Assembly: GCA_963771175.1 (NCBI GenBank)
Contig: CAVYSY010000044.1
Span: forward strand, 64,001 to 128,000
Source of the DNA: an uncultured delta proteobacterium
Lineage (GTDB): Bacteria > Myxococcota > Myxococcia > Myxococcales > Myxococcaceae
Direction of reading: 5' to 3'
DNA: 64,000 nt
A model generated the notes under the pieces. It made no database searches and was not told the origin of the DNA. It saw nothing but the letters and a program-made list of their open reading frames with translations. The translations under genes and the position numbers were made by a program. Positions within the stretch are counted from its first letter, which is position 1. Every line of letters starts with the position of its first letter. Shown piece by piece: positions 1 to 12,735 of this stretch.

Positions 1-805
1 TGGCACCTCCCGGGGCACCCGGCTCCTGAAGGACATCGTCAAGGGCCCCGACAGCTCGTTCCCGGACCGCCCGACGCCGGTGGACGGCACCCTCTACTTC
101 TCCGCCGAGGACCCGGCCCACGGGCGCGAGCTGTGGCGGACGGACGGCACCACCCGGGGCACCGAGCTGCTCGAGGACACCGTGCCAGGCCCCACGGGCT
201 CGGGTGCGCAGCCCATCGCCCTGTTCAAACGGCGCCTCTACTTCGTGACCTTCGACACCGCGGACCGAGGGGCGCGGCTGCGCAAGCTCAACCCGGACCC
301 CACCTGCCGTCCGCGCTCGACCGTCGTCGAGGACCTGCCCAACCCCTTCCCGGACCGCCCGGAGGTGGAAGCCTTCCTGCCCTCCGGCGGCGTCGCCGAG
401 GTGAACGGCAGGCTGCTCTTCACCCTCGCCTACTCCACCTCCGGGCCCGCGCTGGCGGACGTGCAACTCTGGGCCACCCGAGGCACCCGCTCGACCACGG
501 AACTGCTGCGCCGACGGCTGCTCAACGCCATCGACGTCCCCACCACGACGCTCGCCGCCGTGAACGACCGGCTCGCCCTCTTCGCCGCCGCGGACGACGA
601 GCACGGTCAGGAGCCGTGGGTGACCGATGGCACGCCCAGGGGCACCCGGCTGCTCGCGGACATCCGCCCGGGTGGCAGCTCGTCGTTCCCGATCGAATTC
701 ACGCGCTCGGGCGACTTCATGTTCTTCGCCGCCAACGACGGCATCCACGGCCACGACCTGTGGGCCGTTCCCGTCGAGGACAGAGCACACCGGAACGGAC
801 GCTGA
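1..805 (+). CDS. ELWxxDGT repeat protein, 3' part (5' end outside window)
   Basis: Repeated motifs [33 protein letters not shown]; frame continues upstream of the ORF start at 80. Confidence 0.85.
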   Translation, partial: GTSRGTRLLKDIVKGPDSSFPDRPTPVDGTLYFSAEDPAHGRELWRTDGTTRGTELLEDTVPGPTGSGAQPIALFKRRLYFVTFDTADRGARLRKLNPDPTCRPRSTVVEDLPNPFPDRPEVEAFLPSGGVAEVNGRLLFTLAYSTSGPALADVQLWATRGTRSTTELLRRRLLNAIDVPTTTLAAVNDRLALFAAADDEHGQEPWVTDGTPRGTRLLADIRPGGSSSFPIEFTRSGDFMFFAANDGIHGHDLWAVPVEDRAHRNGR

Positions 806-852
806 GCGGGGACTCTCGGAGGACAGGACCCCCCTCCGGGCTCGGTCTGGAG

Positions 853-879
853 AAACCTGTCCGACAGTCGGACAGGTTT
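853..879. repeat. Palindromic intergenic element, copy 1 (core AAACCTGTCCGAC-A-GTCGGACAGGTTT)
   Basis: Perfect 13-bp inverted arms around 1 nt; outer arms CCGGGCTCGG...GCGCGCCCGG; between convergent genes. Confidence 0.95.
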
Positions 880-1002
880 TTTGAAAGCGCGCCCGGGAGG
901 TGTCCCGCATTCTCCCAGCAGGGCGACTCAGCGAGGCAGGTACTTCTTGAAGGGGCCCCGGCATCCGAGGGCTCGGCCTCGCGAATCCTCCCGGCCCGAG
1001 GC

Positions 1003-2651
<1,649 letters not shown>

Positions 2652-2752
2652 GCGGCGAATCTACCGCCGCGAGCGCGGCCGTGAGGGCCCTTGTTTTCGC
2701 CAAGTGTCGCCTCGGTCACGAGTCCGGGGCGGTGCGTGGCGAACGCCTCGCG

Positions 2753-3049
2753 CTAGTCACGGTTCTGCGAGCGGTTGACCCGCTCGTTGTCGCTCGGGAA
2801 GCTGTCGCCACCGAACTGCTGCTGGTTGCCCTGGAAGTCCTCCTTCTCGTAGCCATGGGTGTCATCGCGCTGGGACTTGTCCTTCGCCTCGTCCTGGGTG
2901 TCCGTGCCCATGGAGCCGCCAGTGCCCCCGTCCTCCTGCATGGGCTCGGTCGGTTCACCGCGCTCCGCCGCCTTGTCCGACTTGCACGCGGTGCCGAGCG
3001 CCATGGTGCCTGCGATGAGCCCCGCCAGAATCAGCTTCGTCCGGGTCAT
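2753..3049 (-). CDS. Small acidic lipoprotein, hypothetical
   Basis: MTRTKLILAGLIAGTMALGTAC signal/lipobox; GGGAG upstream. Confidence 0.7.
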   Translation of the reverse strand: MTRTKLILAGLIAGTMALGTACKSDKAAERGEPTEPMQEDGGTGGSMGTDTQDEAKDKSQRDDTHGYEKEDFQGNQQQFGGDSFPSDNERVNRSQNRD

Positions 3050-3268
3050 GAGGTGACTCCCTGTGAGCGTTGAGGTCCGCCGTTCCCTGGTCGGGAACGT
3101 GGGCAGCAGGTGCCCCCCCGGCAGGGAGCCCCCTCCCGGCTGGCCGCTCATCGGGGTGGCACCGCCTCGCTCGCTCCTCCTGACGCATCGCGACTCGCTG
3201 GGTTTGAGTCTTTTTCGTGAACTCCCCGTGGACGAAAACTCCGCCACTGGTACAATTTTCCAACCATC

Positions 3269-3736
3269 ATGAAGCTCTCCGCCCCGGTTTCCGTGGATGA
3301 CTCGCTCTGGCCGCTGGTCATCGTCCATCTGGTGGGCACCGCGTCCCTGGCGGACTTCGAGGCGTACCTGGAGAAGCGCCTCGAGTTCCTTCGCCGGGGC
3401 CAGCCGCACCTCGTGGTGGTGGTCGTGGACGCATCGCGGGGCATCACGATGCCCACCGAGCATCGTCACAAGCAGGTGGAGTGGTTGAGCCGGCACGAGG
3501 AGCTCATCCGCCAGACGCTGCTCGGCGTGGCCTACGCCACGGACTCGGCCCTCTTCCGGCTGACCCTGAGCCTCGTCTTCCACATCAAGTCGCCCGCCTA
3601 CCCGTACGTCATCATCCCCAGCCAGGAGCTGGCCGTGGCGTGGGCGGCGAGCCGGCTGGACGAGGCGGGCCTGCACGCGGACGCCGAGCGCATCCGCTAC
3701 CACTTCGGGCCGCTGCACCACCGGAGCCATGCCTAG
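3269..3736 (+). CDS. Hypothetical protein, STAS/SEC14-like family common in myxobacteria
   Basis: [14 protein letters not shown]...FEAYL...VVVVDAS pattern; good GC3 codon bias. Confidence 0.6.
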   Translation: MKLSAPVSVDDSLWPLVIVHLVGTASLADFEAYLEKRLEFLRRGQPHLVVVVVDASRGITMPTEHRHKQVEWLSRHEELIRQTLLGVAYATDSALFRLTLSLVFHIKSPAYPYVIIPSQELAVAWAASRLDEAGLHADAERIRYHFGPLHHRSHA

Positions 3737-3810
3737 GGTCCGCCCGCGCGTCCGACACCACGCCTTTCCCGAATGGCCCCTATACTGCGCGTCAGGGGGT
3801 ACTCCACCAC

Positions 3811-5077
3811 ATGAGCAGCAAGCGCATCCTCGGCAAGCGCATCCTCGGGATGATTCTCGCGGGGGGTCAGGGCACGCGCCTGGCTCCTCTGACGTCCAAG
3901 CGCTCCAAGCCGGCCGTCCCCTTCGGGTCGAAGTTCCGCATCATCGACTTCGCCCTCAGCAACTTCGTCAACTCGGGCGTCTACTCCATCTACGTGCTGA
4001 CGCAGTTCAAGGCGCAGTCGCTCACCGAGCACATCCAACGCGGCTGGCGCTTCGGCTCGGGCCTGCTCGACGACTACTTCATCACGCTGGCGCCGGCGCA
4101 GATGTACCTCTACGAGGAGCTGGGCAACGTCTGGTACCGGGGCACGGCCGACGCCATCTACCAGAACCTCCATCTGGTGGAGAACTACCGCGCCGACGAC
4201 GTGGCCATCTTCTCGGGAGACCACATCTACAAGATGAACGTGGCGCACATGCTGGAGCAGCACGAGGCCCAGCGCGCCGACATCACCATCGCCGCCTACC
4301 CCACGCCGGTGGCGGAGGCCTCGCGCTTCGGCGTCATGCAGGTGGACGAGCGCAGCCGCGTGCTCGAGTTCCAGGAGAAGCCCCAGGAGCCCAAGGCGAT
4401 GCCGGGCAAGCCGGGCATGGCCCTGTGCAGCATGGGCAACTACATCTTCAGCCGGCAGCGTGCTCACCGAGTTGCTGGAGGTGGACGCGCGCACCGAGGG
4501 CTCGCAGCACGACTTCGGCAAGGACGTGCTGCCGCGGGCGCTGCGCGACGGCTACCACATCCACGCGTACGACTTCCAAACCAACCCCATCCCCGGCCAG
4601 ACGCGGCCCAACACCTACTGGCGCGACGTGGGAACGCTGGAGGCCTACCACGAGGCCTCGATGGACCTCGTCTCCATCAACCCCGAGTTCGACGTCTTCA
4701 ACCCGGAGTGGCCGCTGCGCAGCGCCGTCGAATACAGCCCCCCGGCCAAGTTCGTCCACGAGGCGGGCGAGCGCGTGGGCCGCGCGCTCAACTCCATGGT
4801 GGCCGGCGGCTGCATCATCTCGGGCGGCACGGTGCGCGAGAGCATCCTCTCCCGCCGGGTGCGGGTGAACTCCTACGCGCTGGTGTCGCGCTCGGTCCTC
4901 TTCGACGAGGTGGACATCGGCCGGCACGCCCAGGTGAAGAACGCCATCATCGACAAGGGCGTGCGCGTGCCGCCCGACACGAAGATTGGCTTCGACCTGG
5001 CGGCCGACAAGGCGCGCGGCTTCACCGTCACCGACAACGGCATCGTCGTGGTGCCCAAGGGCTACAAGTTCGACTGA
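3811..5077 (+). CDS. glgC: Glucose-1-phosphate adenylyltransferase, one frameshift near 4450-4460
   Basis: [55 protein letters not shown]. Confidence 0.95.
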
Positions 5078-5125
5078 GGCCGCACGGAGGCGGGCTCCTG
5101 GCCTCGCGAGGGGCCGGAGCTCCGC

Positions 5126-5953
5126 CTACCGCAGCGTCACCTCGCGCGCCTCCGGGTAGCGCACCTGCTGCTTCTTCATCTGCCCGGCGATGACGGCGAA
5201 GACCTCGTAGACGCGCTTCCGCGTCACCGGCAGCACCACCCTCGGGCCCGTGCCCACCATGGTGCCGTCCACGAAGACCGGCACGCCCTCGGGGGCATTC
5301 ACCACCAGGCACTCGCAGGCCCCCGCCAGCGTCGACAGCGCCTTGCGCGCCACGTCCATGCCGATGCCGAAGTTGATGGCGCTCGCCCCTTCAATCCCAG
5401 CGGTGACGATGCCCACCACCGTCCCCCGCCAATCGAAGATGGGGCCGCCCGAGTTGCCCGGGTTGAGCGGTATCTGCGTCTGGAAGACGGGGCGCTCGGC
5501 GCCGTCCGGGTAGATGTTGGACACCATCCCGCTGTTGAACGTCCACACCGCGCCCCGGCCGTGGCCCACCGCCCCCACCCAGCTCCCCACCCGCACGTCC
5601 CCCACCCCGCCCAGCGGCGGCACCGGCGTGTCCTTCAGCGGCACCCGCACCAGCGCCACGTCCACCTCCTTCGCGCCCCGCTCCACCACCGTGCCCTGCA
5701 CCTTGCGCCCGTCGTGGAGCACCACCTCCACCTTCTCGCGCCCCTCCACCACGTGGGCGTTGGTGAGCACCAGCCCGTCCGTCCCCACGAAGAAGCCGCT
5801 GCCGAAGCTGTCCCCCTTCGAGATGAACACCACGCTCGGCGTCACCTTCTCGAAGAGCGCCTGCTGCTGGCGCTCCATCGCCAGCAGTGCGTCCTCCTCC
5901 GCCCGGGCCGCGACGGACAGCCCCAGCACGAGCGCGACGAGCAGGTGCCTCAC
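5126..5953 (-). CDS. Secreted trypsin-like (S1C) serine protease with C-terminal PEGA-like segment
   Basis: [24 protein letters not shown] triad motifs; GTG start overlaps upstream stop (GTGA); signal peptide. Confidence 0.85.
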   Translation of the reverse strand: MRHLLVALVLGLSVAARAEEDALLAMERQQQALFEKVTPSVVFISKGDSFGSGFFVGTDGLVLTNAHVVEGREKVEVVLHDGRKVQGTVVERGAKEVDVALVRVPLKDTPVPPLGGVGDVRVGSWVGAVGHGRGAVWTFNSGMVSNIYPDGAERPVFQTQIPLNPGNSGGPIFDWRGTVVGIVTAGIEGASAINFGIGMDVARKALSTLAGACECLVVNAPEGVPVFVDGTMVGTGPRVVLPVTRKRVYEVFAVIAGQMKKQQVRYPEAREVTLR

Positions 5954-7041
5954 AGCCGCACTCCCACCACCAGCGCCCCGCCGCCCCGGGGCAGCAGCGC
6001 CCCGCCCACGCTCACCTCCACCCGCGTCCCCCGGGTGCGCGCCGGAGCGGGCGCCTCGGCCAGACCGAGCTCGCCCTTGAGCTTCTCGTTGTACTCCTCG
6101 GCCAGCCGCCTGGCCTCGAGCACCTCCACCGGGTGGGACTGCAGCGCCGCCCCCACCACCATGGCGACCGCTCCCGCCGTGCCCAGTAGGATGCCCGGGA
6201 TGAGCAGCTCCTGGTGCTCGCGCTGCAGGCAGTCGTACGAGGCGGCGTTCTCGCGCACGCACCGGCCGCCAATCCCGCCCAGCATCATCGCCGTGCCGCC
6301 CAGCGTCACCGCGCCACCGCCCAGCAACAGGCCCAGCCGCGTCCCGCTGCGCGCACGGTAGCTGTCCGCGAGGTCCGTCCGGCCGATGGCCTGGTAGAAG
6401 GCCTCGCCCTCCAGCGGCACCCGGCTCTTGCCCTGGTAGGCCACCGAGAAGCGTGACACCACCCCGCCGTAGACGTTGACGAAGGCGCCGTCCTCGAACC
6501 AGACGTACTTCTTCTCGTACTCGGCCTGGGCGTCCTTCGCCACCCGCGTCACCGAGTCCACCGTCGACTTCGCGGTGTTGGTCAAGGCCCCGATTCCCCC
6601 GCCGGCTCGCGTGGACACCGCCTGCCCCTGCTGCGCACTCAGCGCCGCCAGCACCTTGCCCGCCTTGTCGTAGAAGGTGACGACCGCGGTGGGCGACGTC
6701 CCGGCGGCTCCCGCGAAGACGCGCACCACCACCACCGTGTCCACCGGCAGGGCGGCGACCTTCCGCACCACCTGCGCGTCACTGTCGGCGGCGAGGTTGC
6801 CCAGCGGCGCGTCGTTCATCACCAGTTGGGCCCGCCCCGAGTCGCGCAGCGCCGCCTCCACCGCCGAGGCGGCCGCCCGGCTCTCGGCGGCGGGCTCACC
6901 AGCCCCGGCCACCAGCACGCCCCGGTGGGAGCTCTCGAGGTAGCTGCCCGTGGCCTCGGGCGGGAAGCTGTCCTTCCACTCGGCGGCGAGCGCGGGAAGG
7001 GACAGGAGGAGGAGGAGCGCGGCGGTGGCTCGAGCGGACAT
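5950..7041 (-). CDS. Secreted/membrane hypothetical protein
   Basis: Signal peptide MSARATAALLLLLSLPALA; two C-terminal Gly-rich hydrophobic segments. Confidence 0.7.
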   Translation of the reverse strand: MSARATAALLLLLSLPALAAEWKDSFPPEATGSYLESSHRGVLVAGAGEPAAESRAAASAVEAALRDSGRAQLVMNDAPLGNLAADSDAQVVRKVAALPVDTVVVVRVFAGAAGTSPTAVVTFYDKAGKVLAALSAQQGQAVSTRAGGGIGALTNTAKSTVDSVTRVAKDAQAEYEKKYVWFEDGAFVNVYGGVVSRFSVAYQGKSRVPLEGEAFYQAIGRTDLADSYRARSGTRLGLLLGGGAVTLGGTAMMLGGIGGRCVRENAASYDCLQREHQELLIPGILLGTAGAVAMVVGAALQSHPVEVLEARRLAEEYNEKLKGELGLAEAPAPARTRGTRVEVSVGGALLPRGGGALVVGVRL

Positions 7042-7064
7042 GGCGTATCTCATGGGAGGGAAGT

Positions 7065-7559
7065 TCACCGGCACTTGAGCGTGGAGTCGTAGCTCTCGGT
7101 GCGGCAGGTGAGTCCGGAGCAGCACTCGGCGCTGGTCGTGCACGAGCTGTATTTCTGGGTGCAGCAGGCGCCCGCCTCGCAGGTCTTGGTGTACGAGCCA
7201 CCCGCGTTGCAGTCCATGCAAGCGGCGCCACCCTTGCCGCACGTGAAGGAGGTCTGATTCGCGAAGGGCCGGCAGGAGCCGTACTCATCGCAGCAGCCGG
7301 TGGAGCAGTTCTGCGGGTTGCACTTCGGCTCGCACCTGCCCGTGGCGCCGCACGTCTGGCTGTACTCGCACTGCTGGCAGCTCCGCCCTTGCAGGCCACA
7401 GGCGCGGTCGACATTGCCCACCTGGCACACGCCGTCCGCGTCACAGCAGCCATCCGCGCACGTCTCGGCGGTGCACTCCCAGGGGGTGCACGCCGGCAAC
7501 ACCACACTCAACAACGAGAGCAGCAACGCTCGCGCAAGCACGCTTCGAAGAAGATTCAT
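7065..7559 (-). CDS. Cysteine-rich lipoprotein
   Basis: Lipobox VLPAC; two repeats of C-x3-C-xx-GCCD...C...CG..G..C..C. Confidence 0.8.
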   Translation of the reverse strand: MNLLRSVLARALLLSLLSVVLPACTPWECTAETCADGCCDADGVCQVGNVDRACGLQGRSCQQCEYSQTCGATGRCEPKCNPQNCSTGCCDEYGSCRPFANQTSFTCGKGGAACMDCNAGGSYTKTCEAGACCTQKYSSCTTSAECCSGLTCRTESYDSTLKCR

Positions 7560-7617
7560 GGGGTGCGCTACAAATCGCAGCCCCCACATTCGCCTGTCAA
7601 CCCATCGCCGCTCGTGC

Positions 7618-8754
7618 TCACACGAGCGGGGCGAGCAACTCCAGCAGCCGCTCCACGTCGGCCGCCGTGTTGTAGAGGTGCGGCGACACGCGAATGCTGT
7701 CCCCGCGCACGCTCACGTACACCTGGCGCGCGGCCAGCTTCGCCGCCACGTCCGGCGCATAGCCGCCCCGCCGCTTGAGGCCCACCAGGTGGCCCGCCCG
7801 CTGGGACTCGGGCGGCACCTCCAGCCCGAGCGCCCTCGCCCCCTTCGCCACCCGTCCCGTCAGCTCGCGCAACGTCTCCTGGGTGTTGTCCACGCCCCAC
7901 GCGAGGAGCTGCCGCAGCGCCGCCATCGCCATGGGCACCAGCACGAAGTTGCTGCGCTCGCCCACGTCGAAGCGCCTCGCGCCCGGCTGGAAGTCGTCCC
8001 GGTAGTCCACCAGCCGCGAGAAGTCCTCGCTGCCCCCGCGCAACAGCCAGTTGTGCTCGATGGGTCGGCCCTCGCGGAAGCGCGGCGCCACGTAGAGGAA
8101 GCCCAGGCTGTAGGGCCCCATCATCCACTTGTAGCCCGCGGCCACCAGGAAGTCCGGCCGCACCTCCGCCACGCTCAGCGGCAGCGCGCCGAGCGACTGC
8201 GTCGCGTCCACCGCCAGCGCCGCCCCCACCTCGCGCGCCCGCTCCCCCACCCGCACCAGGTCCACCCGCCCTCCGTCCGTCCAGTGGCAGTGCGGCACCG
8301 CCACCAGCGCCGTGCGCTCGTCCAGCTCCGCCAGCAGCGCGCGCGTCCAGTCCCCGTCCTCGGGCCTGCCCACCGCCACCACCTGCCCTCCGGCGCGCTC
8401 GGCCAGCTCGCGCCACGGGTACACGTTGGAGGGGAACTCCTCGGCCAGCACCAGCAGCCGCTGGCCCACCCGCACCGGCACGTTGGCCGCCGCCACCGCC
8501 ATCCCGTAGCTCACCGAGGGCACCAGCGCCACGCCGTCCGCGTCCGCCCCCACCAGCTCCGCGAAGAGGCTCCGCAGCGCCTCCGAGCCCGTGAAGAAGT
8601 CCTCGGGCCGGATGAGCCACGGCCTCGCCTTGGCTTCCACCGCCTCCTTCCCCGCCTCGGTCACCGCGCGGAGCTGCGGAGACATATAGGCGCAGTTGAG
8701 CCAGGTGACATCGTCGGGCAGGTCGAAGCGGTGGCGCTGGGAGGGAAGCATCAT
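7618..8754 (-). CDS. Class V PLP-dependent aminotransferase (cysteine desulfurase/lyase-like)
   Basis: WLNCAYMSP, EEFPSN, VDATQSLG, AGYKWMMGP, RVSPHLYN. Confidence 0.9.
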   Translation of the reverse strand: MMLPSQRHRFDLPDDVTWLNCAYMSPQLRAVTEAGKEAVEAKARPWLIRPEDFFTGSEALRSLFAELVGADADGVALVPSVSYGMAVAAANVPVRVGQRLLVLAEEFPSNVYPWRELAERAGGQVVAVGRPEDGDWTRALLAELDERTALVAVPHCHWTDGGRVDLVRVGERAREVGAALAVDATQSLGALPLSVAEVRPDFLVAAGYKWMMGPYSLGFLYVAPRFREGRPIEHNWLLRGGSEDFSRLVDYRDDFQPGARRFDVGERSNFVLVPMAMAALRQLLAWGVDNTQETLRELTGRVAKGARALGLEVPPESQRAGHLVGLKRRGGYAPDVAAKLAARQVYVSVRGDSIRVSPHLYNTAADVERLLELLAPLV

Positions 8755-8779
8755 GGGCGCGCGAGCATAGCGTGCCCGT

Positions 8780-9445
8780 CTACAGGCGGGAGGCCGAGGC
8801 GTACCCGGCGAAGAGCTCGCTGGTGAGACGCCCGCGCTCCCCGCCCTCGGCGCGGCGGAGGTAGTCGTTGAGCACGTGCCCGGCCTTGTCCCGGTGCTGC
8901 GCGGCGAAGCGCAGGTTCATCCGCGAGCGCCTCACCCCACTGCCCCCGCGGTGCACGAAGACGACGGTGCCGTCGCGCTCCACGGCCTCGATGACGCCCA
9001 CGTGCGTCAGCCCGTCGTTGCGCAGGCCGTCGCGGTTGCGGTCGTACGTCTCGCGGAAGAAGAGGACATTCCCCGGGCTCGGGTTGCGCTGGTGCAGGGC
9101 CCCCGCGCGCTGGGCGCGCCGGTAGATGGCGCTCACCGCGTTCTCCCCGGGCAGCGTGCCCTGCGACAGCAATTCGATGCCCACCGAGTGGTAGGCCAGC
9201 CGCACCAGTCCGGAGCAGTCATCGGGCACCTTGCCCTGCGCGGCCAGGGGGCGGCCCACCAGGGTGCCCACGCGATGTGCGACGCGTCGCCCCCGGGTGA
9301 GCTTGACGCGAGGCCGCTTCTTCTTCGAGGCAGTGGCCTTCGCGACGACCTTGGTGGGCGTCACCGACGCACCCGGGGCGGCCACGGCGGGAGCCGTGCC
9401 CAGCACCCCGAGCACCAGTGGGAGCAGGAGATTGCGAAGCATCAT
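8780..9445 (-). CDS. Secreted NlpC/P60-CHAP-type peptidase
   Basis: DCSGLV catalytic Cys, THVGV His; signal peptide. Confidence 0.8.
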   Translation of the reverse strand: MMLRNLLLPLVLGVLGTAPAVAAPGASVTPTKVVAKATASKKKRPRVKLTRGRRVAHRVGTLVGRPLAAQGKVPDDCSGLVRLAYHSVGIELLSQGTLPGENAVSAIYRRAQRAGALHQRNPSPGNVLFFRETYDRNRDGLRNDGLTHVGVIEAVERDGTVVFVHRGGSGVRRSRMNLRFAAQHRDKAGHVLNDYLRRAEGGERGRLTSELFAGYASASRL

Positions 9446-9522
9446 GCGCTCGGACGAGCGTACCGCCCCGCGCATTCACCCGACCAGGGGCCGCACCCGC
9501 GCCTACATGCGACCGCCAACGA

Positions 9523-9927
9523 CTACGTGCGCAGGCGGCCCAACAACCAGCCTCCGCCCACGAGCCCCAGCACCGCGCCCAGCACCCTCCCCGGGCGCCC
9601 GCGCAGCCGCGACTCCACCACGTCCACCCGGTCCGCCATCAGCAGCAGCATCACGCGCCGCACCAGGTGCTCCGGAATCTCATACGCCCTCCGGCGCATC
9701 CGTCCGCTCAGCCCCCGGGGCGGTGCCGCCGTGCCGAACGTGGGCGTCAGCTCGTCCAGCCCCACCCGCTTGAGCACCGGGAAGTCCGGCGGCGGCTGGC
9801 GCTCCGGCACCTCCCAGTGCGCGCCCTTGCGCACCGGCGGCTTCAGGAGCATCGGCACGCCGGGCCGGTTCCTCGGGTCTCCGTCCACTCCCCATCCGGG
9901 GATTTTCGTGTGCTCCGGGTCCGCCAT
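9523..9927 (-). CDS. Hypothetical protein, co-transcribed with the Zn dehydrogenase
   Basis: IPGWGVD...RPGVP...TPTFGT...GLSG.MRR.AY pattern; GGAGG SD; C-terminal TM segment. Confidence 0.7.
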   Translation of the reverse strand: MADPEHTKIPGWGVDGDPRNRPGVPMLLKPPVRKGAHWEVPERQPPPDFPVLKRVGLDELTPTFGTAAPPRGLSGRMRRRAYEIPEHLVRRVMLLLMADRVDVVESRLRGRPGRVLGAVLGLVGGGWLLGRLRT

Positions 9928-9940
9928 CTCGCGCCTCCTC

Positions 9941-11090
9941 TCACGCATGCCCGTGCGGCAGCAGCACGCACTTGATGCACCCATCCAGCTTCTTCTCGAA
10001 GAGCTCGTAGGCCCGCGCCACCCCGCCCAGCGGGAAGCGGTGGGTGATGATGCGCCTGGGGTTGAAGCGCCCCTCGCGGATGTGCACCAGCAGGTGCGGC
10101 ATGTAGCGCTTCACGTTGCACTGGTTCATCCGCAGCGTGAGGCCCTTGTTCATCGCCGTGCCAATCGGCACCAGGTTCCACGGCGGCCCGTACACGCCGA
10201 CGATGGAGACGGTGCCGCCCTTGCGCGCCGCTTGAATCGCCCAGTTGAGCGCCGTGGGCGAGCCCGCCTCCAGCTTCAGCTTCGCCCCCAGCACGCTGTG
10301 CAGCTTGGAGCCCTCGGCCTCCATGCCCACCGCGTCGATGCACACGTCCGGCCCGCGCCCTTCCGTCATCTCCTTCAGGGTGGGGACGATGTCCTCGCTC
10401 CTTGAAGTTGAGCGTCTCCACCAGGGCGTACTTGCGCGCGAACTCCAGCCGGTAGGGGATGTGGTCCACCGCGATGACGCGCTCCGCGCCGAGCAGCCAC
10501 GCGGACTTCATCGCGAACAGGCCCACCGGGCCGCAGCCGAACACCACCACCGTGTCCCCGGCCTGGATGTTGCCCATCTCCGCGCCCTGGTAGCCCGTGG
10601 GGAGGATGTCGGTGAGGAAGAGGACCTCCTCGTCCTCCATGTCGTCCGGAATCCTCATCGGCCCCACGTCCGCGAAGGGCACGCGCACGTACTGGGCCTG
10701 CCCGCCCTCGTAGCCGCCCGTGGTGTGCGAATACCCATACACGCCCGCGGCCAGGTCACTGTTGGGATTGGTGTTCTCGCAGTTCGCCGTCAGCCCGCGC
10801 TGGCAATAGAAGCAACTGCCGCACGAGATGTTGAAGGGCACCGCCACCCGGTCCCCCGGCTGCAGCGCGCGCACCGAGGAGCCCACCTCCTCCACCACGC
10901 CGACGAACTCGTGGCCGAACGTGCAGCCCACCCGCGTGTCCGCCACCAGCCCGTGCAGCAGGTGCAGGTCCGAGCCGCAGATGGCCGAGCGCGTCACCCG
11001 GACAATCGCGTCGTTCGGGTGCTCGATGACCGGGTCCGGCTTGTGCCCCACCTTCACGCGGTAGGGCCCTTCGTACACCATCGCTTGCAT
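9941..11090 (-). CDS. Zn-dependent alcohol/formaldehyde dehydrogenase-like (MDR family), frameshift near 10395
   Basis: ICGSDLH, GHEFVG, CGSCFYC, GGQAQYVRVP, GCGPVG, DAVGMEA. Confidence 0.9.
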
Positions 11091-11459
11091 GTCGCCCTCT
11101 CCTGTCCCGCCGCCCTCCCGGGGCGGGGGTGATGGACTCCCTCGCACTGGGGAAGGTGGCCCCCCGGCCGAGTCGCACCGTCAAGCTAGGCACAGGGTCG
11201 GAGAGGGCGAGCCCGGAGGGACCCACGCCCGGCCCCCGTTCCGGCCCAGTGACGGCCGCCGGAGGGCTCTTCCGCTCGGCAGCCTCCCGGCGTCCCCACC
11301 GGAGAAGTCGCACGCGACCTTCTCGGAACCGAGCGGTCCTCCACCCGCCTGGACACGGGGGACACGTCGACCGTGGAACAATGGACACGCCGCCGACGCT
11401 GTTCGCCATTCATCGGGGTCCCGAGCGTAGACTCGACTCCTTCCGCGAGGAGCCGCGCC

Positions 11460-12401
11460 ATGTTGCCCTACTTCCCCTTCGCGCAAGACACCTACGCGAT
11501 GACGCTGGGTGTGCGTGCGCTGCGGCCCGAGGAGTCCCTCATCGAGGTGGACGCGCCCCACTACCGGGACGAGCTCGCGCTCAAGGCGGCCCTGCTCGCC
11601 GACAACCCCCGCGCCCACTTCCAGGCCGAGCCCGGCACGGAGCCACTCCAATGGGAGACGGTGACGGAGGTGCTCCCCGTCATGGCGCGCCAGTCTCCCC
11701 AGCACTTCACCCTGGAGGTGGAGGGAGAGCACTGGCGCTGGCGCAACCACCTGCTCGGCACGGAGACGCGCTTCACCCCGGGCGAGGCGGACAGCCTGCC
11801 CCGCGCCCCGCTCGACTGGCTCGGCCTGCAGGTGCAGGAGGACCTGCTGCTGCTGGACGGAACGCGCGAGGGCTTGCCGCTGGTGGCCGGGCAGCTCTGC
11901 TTTCCCTCCATGTGGTGCCTCGACGACAAGCTGGGGCGCTCGCTGTTCGAGGTGCACGCGCCGGTGCCGGGGCTCAACGCGCAGCTCGGCGCCGCCACCC
12001 AGCGGCTGATGGAGGGGCTCAAGGCCGGGCGCTCCGTCACCCGGTGCAACTGGGCCCTCACCGTCACGGACCGGCTGGACCTCGCGCCGTGGACCCTGCG
12101 CGAGTGGGTGCACCTCTTCGAGGGCCTCACCGCGCGCGACGCGGGCGAGCGGTGCTTCCTGCGGCTGGAGCGGCAGACCCTCACGCGCATGCCCCGCACG
12201 GGCGCCATCCTCTTCACCATCCACACCTACCGCGCCCCCGTGGCCACCGAAGTCACGGACCCCGAGCGCCGCCGCCGCCTCGCCCACGTGCTGCGCACCG
12301 TCCCGCCCGAGGTGAGCGACTACAAGCGGCTCACGCCCCTGCTCGCGCCGCTCCTGGCGTACCTGGAGGCCGAGCCCGTGCCCCAGGCCGCCAACTCCTG
12401 A
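11460..12401 (+). CDS. DUF3445 family (heme-dependent oxidative N-demethylase alpha-like)
   Basis: VQEDLLLL, LCFPSMW...KLG, VHAPVPG, RCNW, LRLERQTL, LFTIHTY. Confidence 0.85.
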   Translation: MLPYFPFAQDTYAMTLGVRALRPEESLIEVDAPHYRDELALKAALLADNPRAHFQAEPGTEPLQWETVTEVLPVMARQSPQHFTLEVEGEHWRWRNHLLGTETRFTPGEADSLPRAPLDWLGLQVQEDLLLLDGTREGLPLVAGQLCFPSMWCLDDKLGRSLFEVHAPVPGLNAQLGAATQRLMEGLKAGRSVTRCNWALTVTDRLDLAPWTLREWVHLFEGLTARDAGERCFLRLERQTLTRMPRTGAILFTIHTYRAPVATEVTDPERRRRLAHVLRTVPPEVSDYKRLTPLLAPLLAYLEAEPVPQAANS

Positions 12402-12514
12402 GCATGAACAGGGTCCTCGTCGCCGCGTTCATTGGCTCCCTCGTGGATTCGGCGCTCGCGGCCGGGAGGTCGGCGGGTCCCGGCGGACAGAGGACCCTCC
12501 GGGCTCGGTCTGGA

Positions 12515-12543
12515 AAAACCTGTCCGACAGTCGGACAGGTTTT
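12515..12543. repeat. Palindromic intergenic element, copy 2
   Basis: AAAACCTGTCCGAC-A-GTCGGACAGGTTTT; left flank CCCTCCGGGCTCGGTCTGGA identical to copy 1. Confidence 0.95.
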
Positions 12544-12735
12544 GGAAGAACGCGTCCGGGAGTCCGACGTTTCTCGAGCTACATGACGAGCGGTGTATCC
12601 GCCTCATGCCCTGACCCCGCTTCATCCCGAAGGCAGGCGAGCGAGAGGAGGCGCCTCCTCTCGGGAGCCCTGGTCTCCTGGCCGAAGCATCCCCACCCTG
12701 TCCGGAAGGGACACCCTCACGAGGAGGCTGGGCGC

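Noticed and set aside
11100..11450. Structured ncRNA in the long divergent intergenic region
   Set aside because: Only one modest hairpin near 11300-11326 and no recognisable riboswitch or sRNA motif; expected by chance at this GC content.
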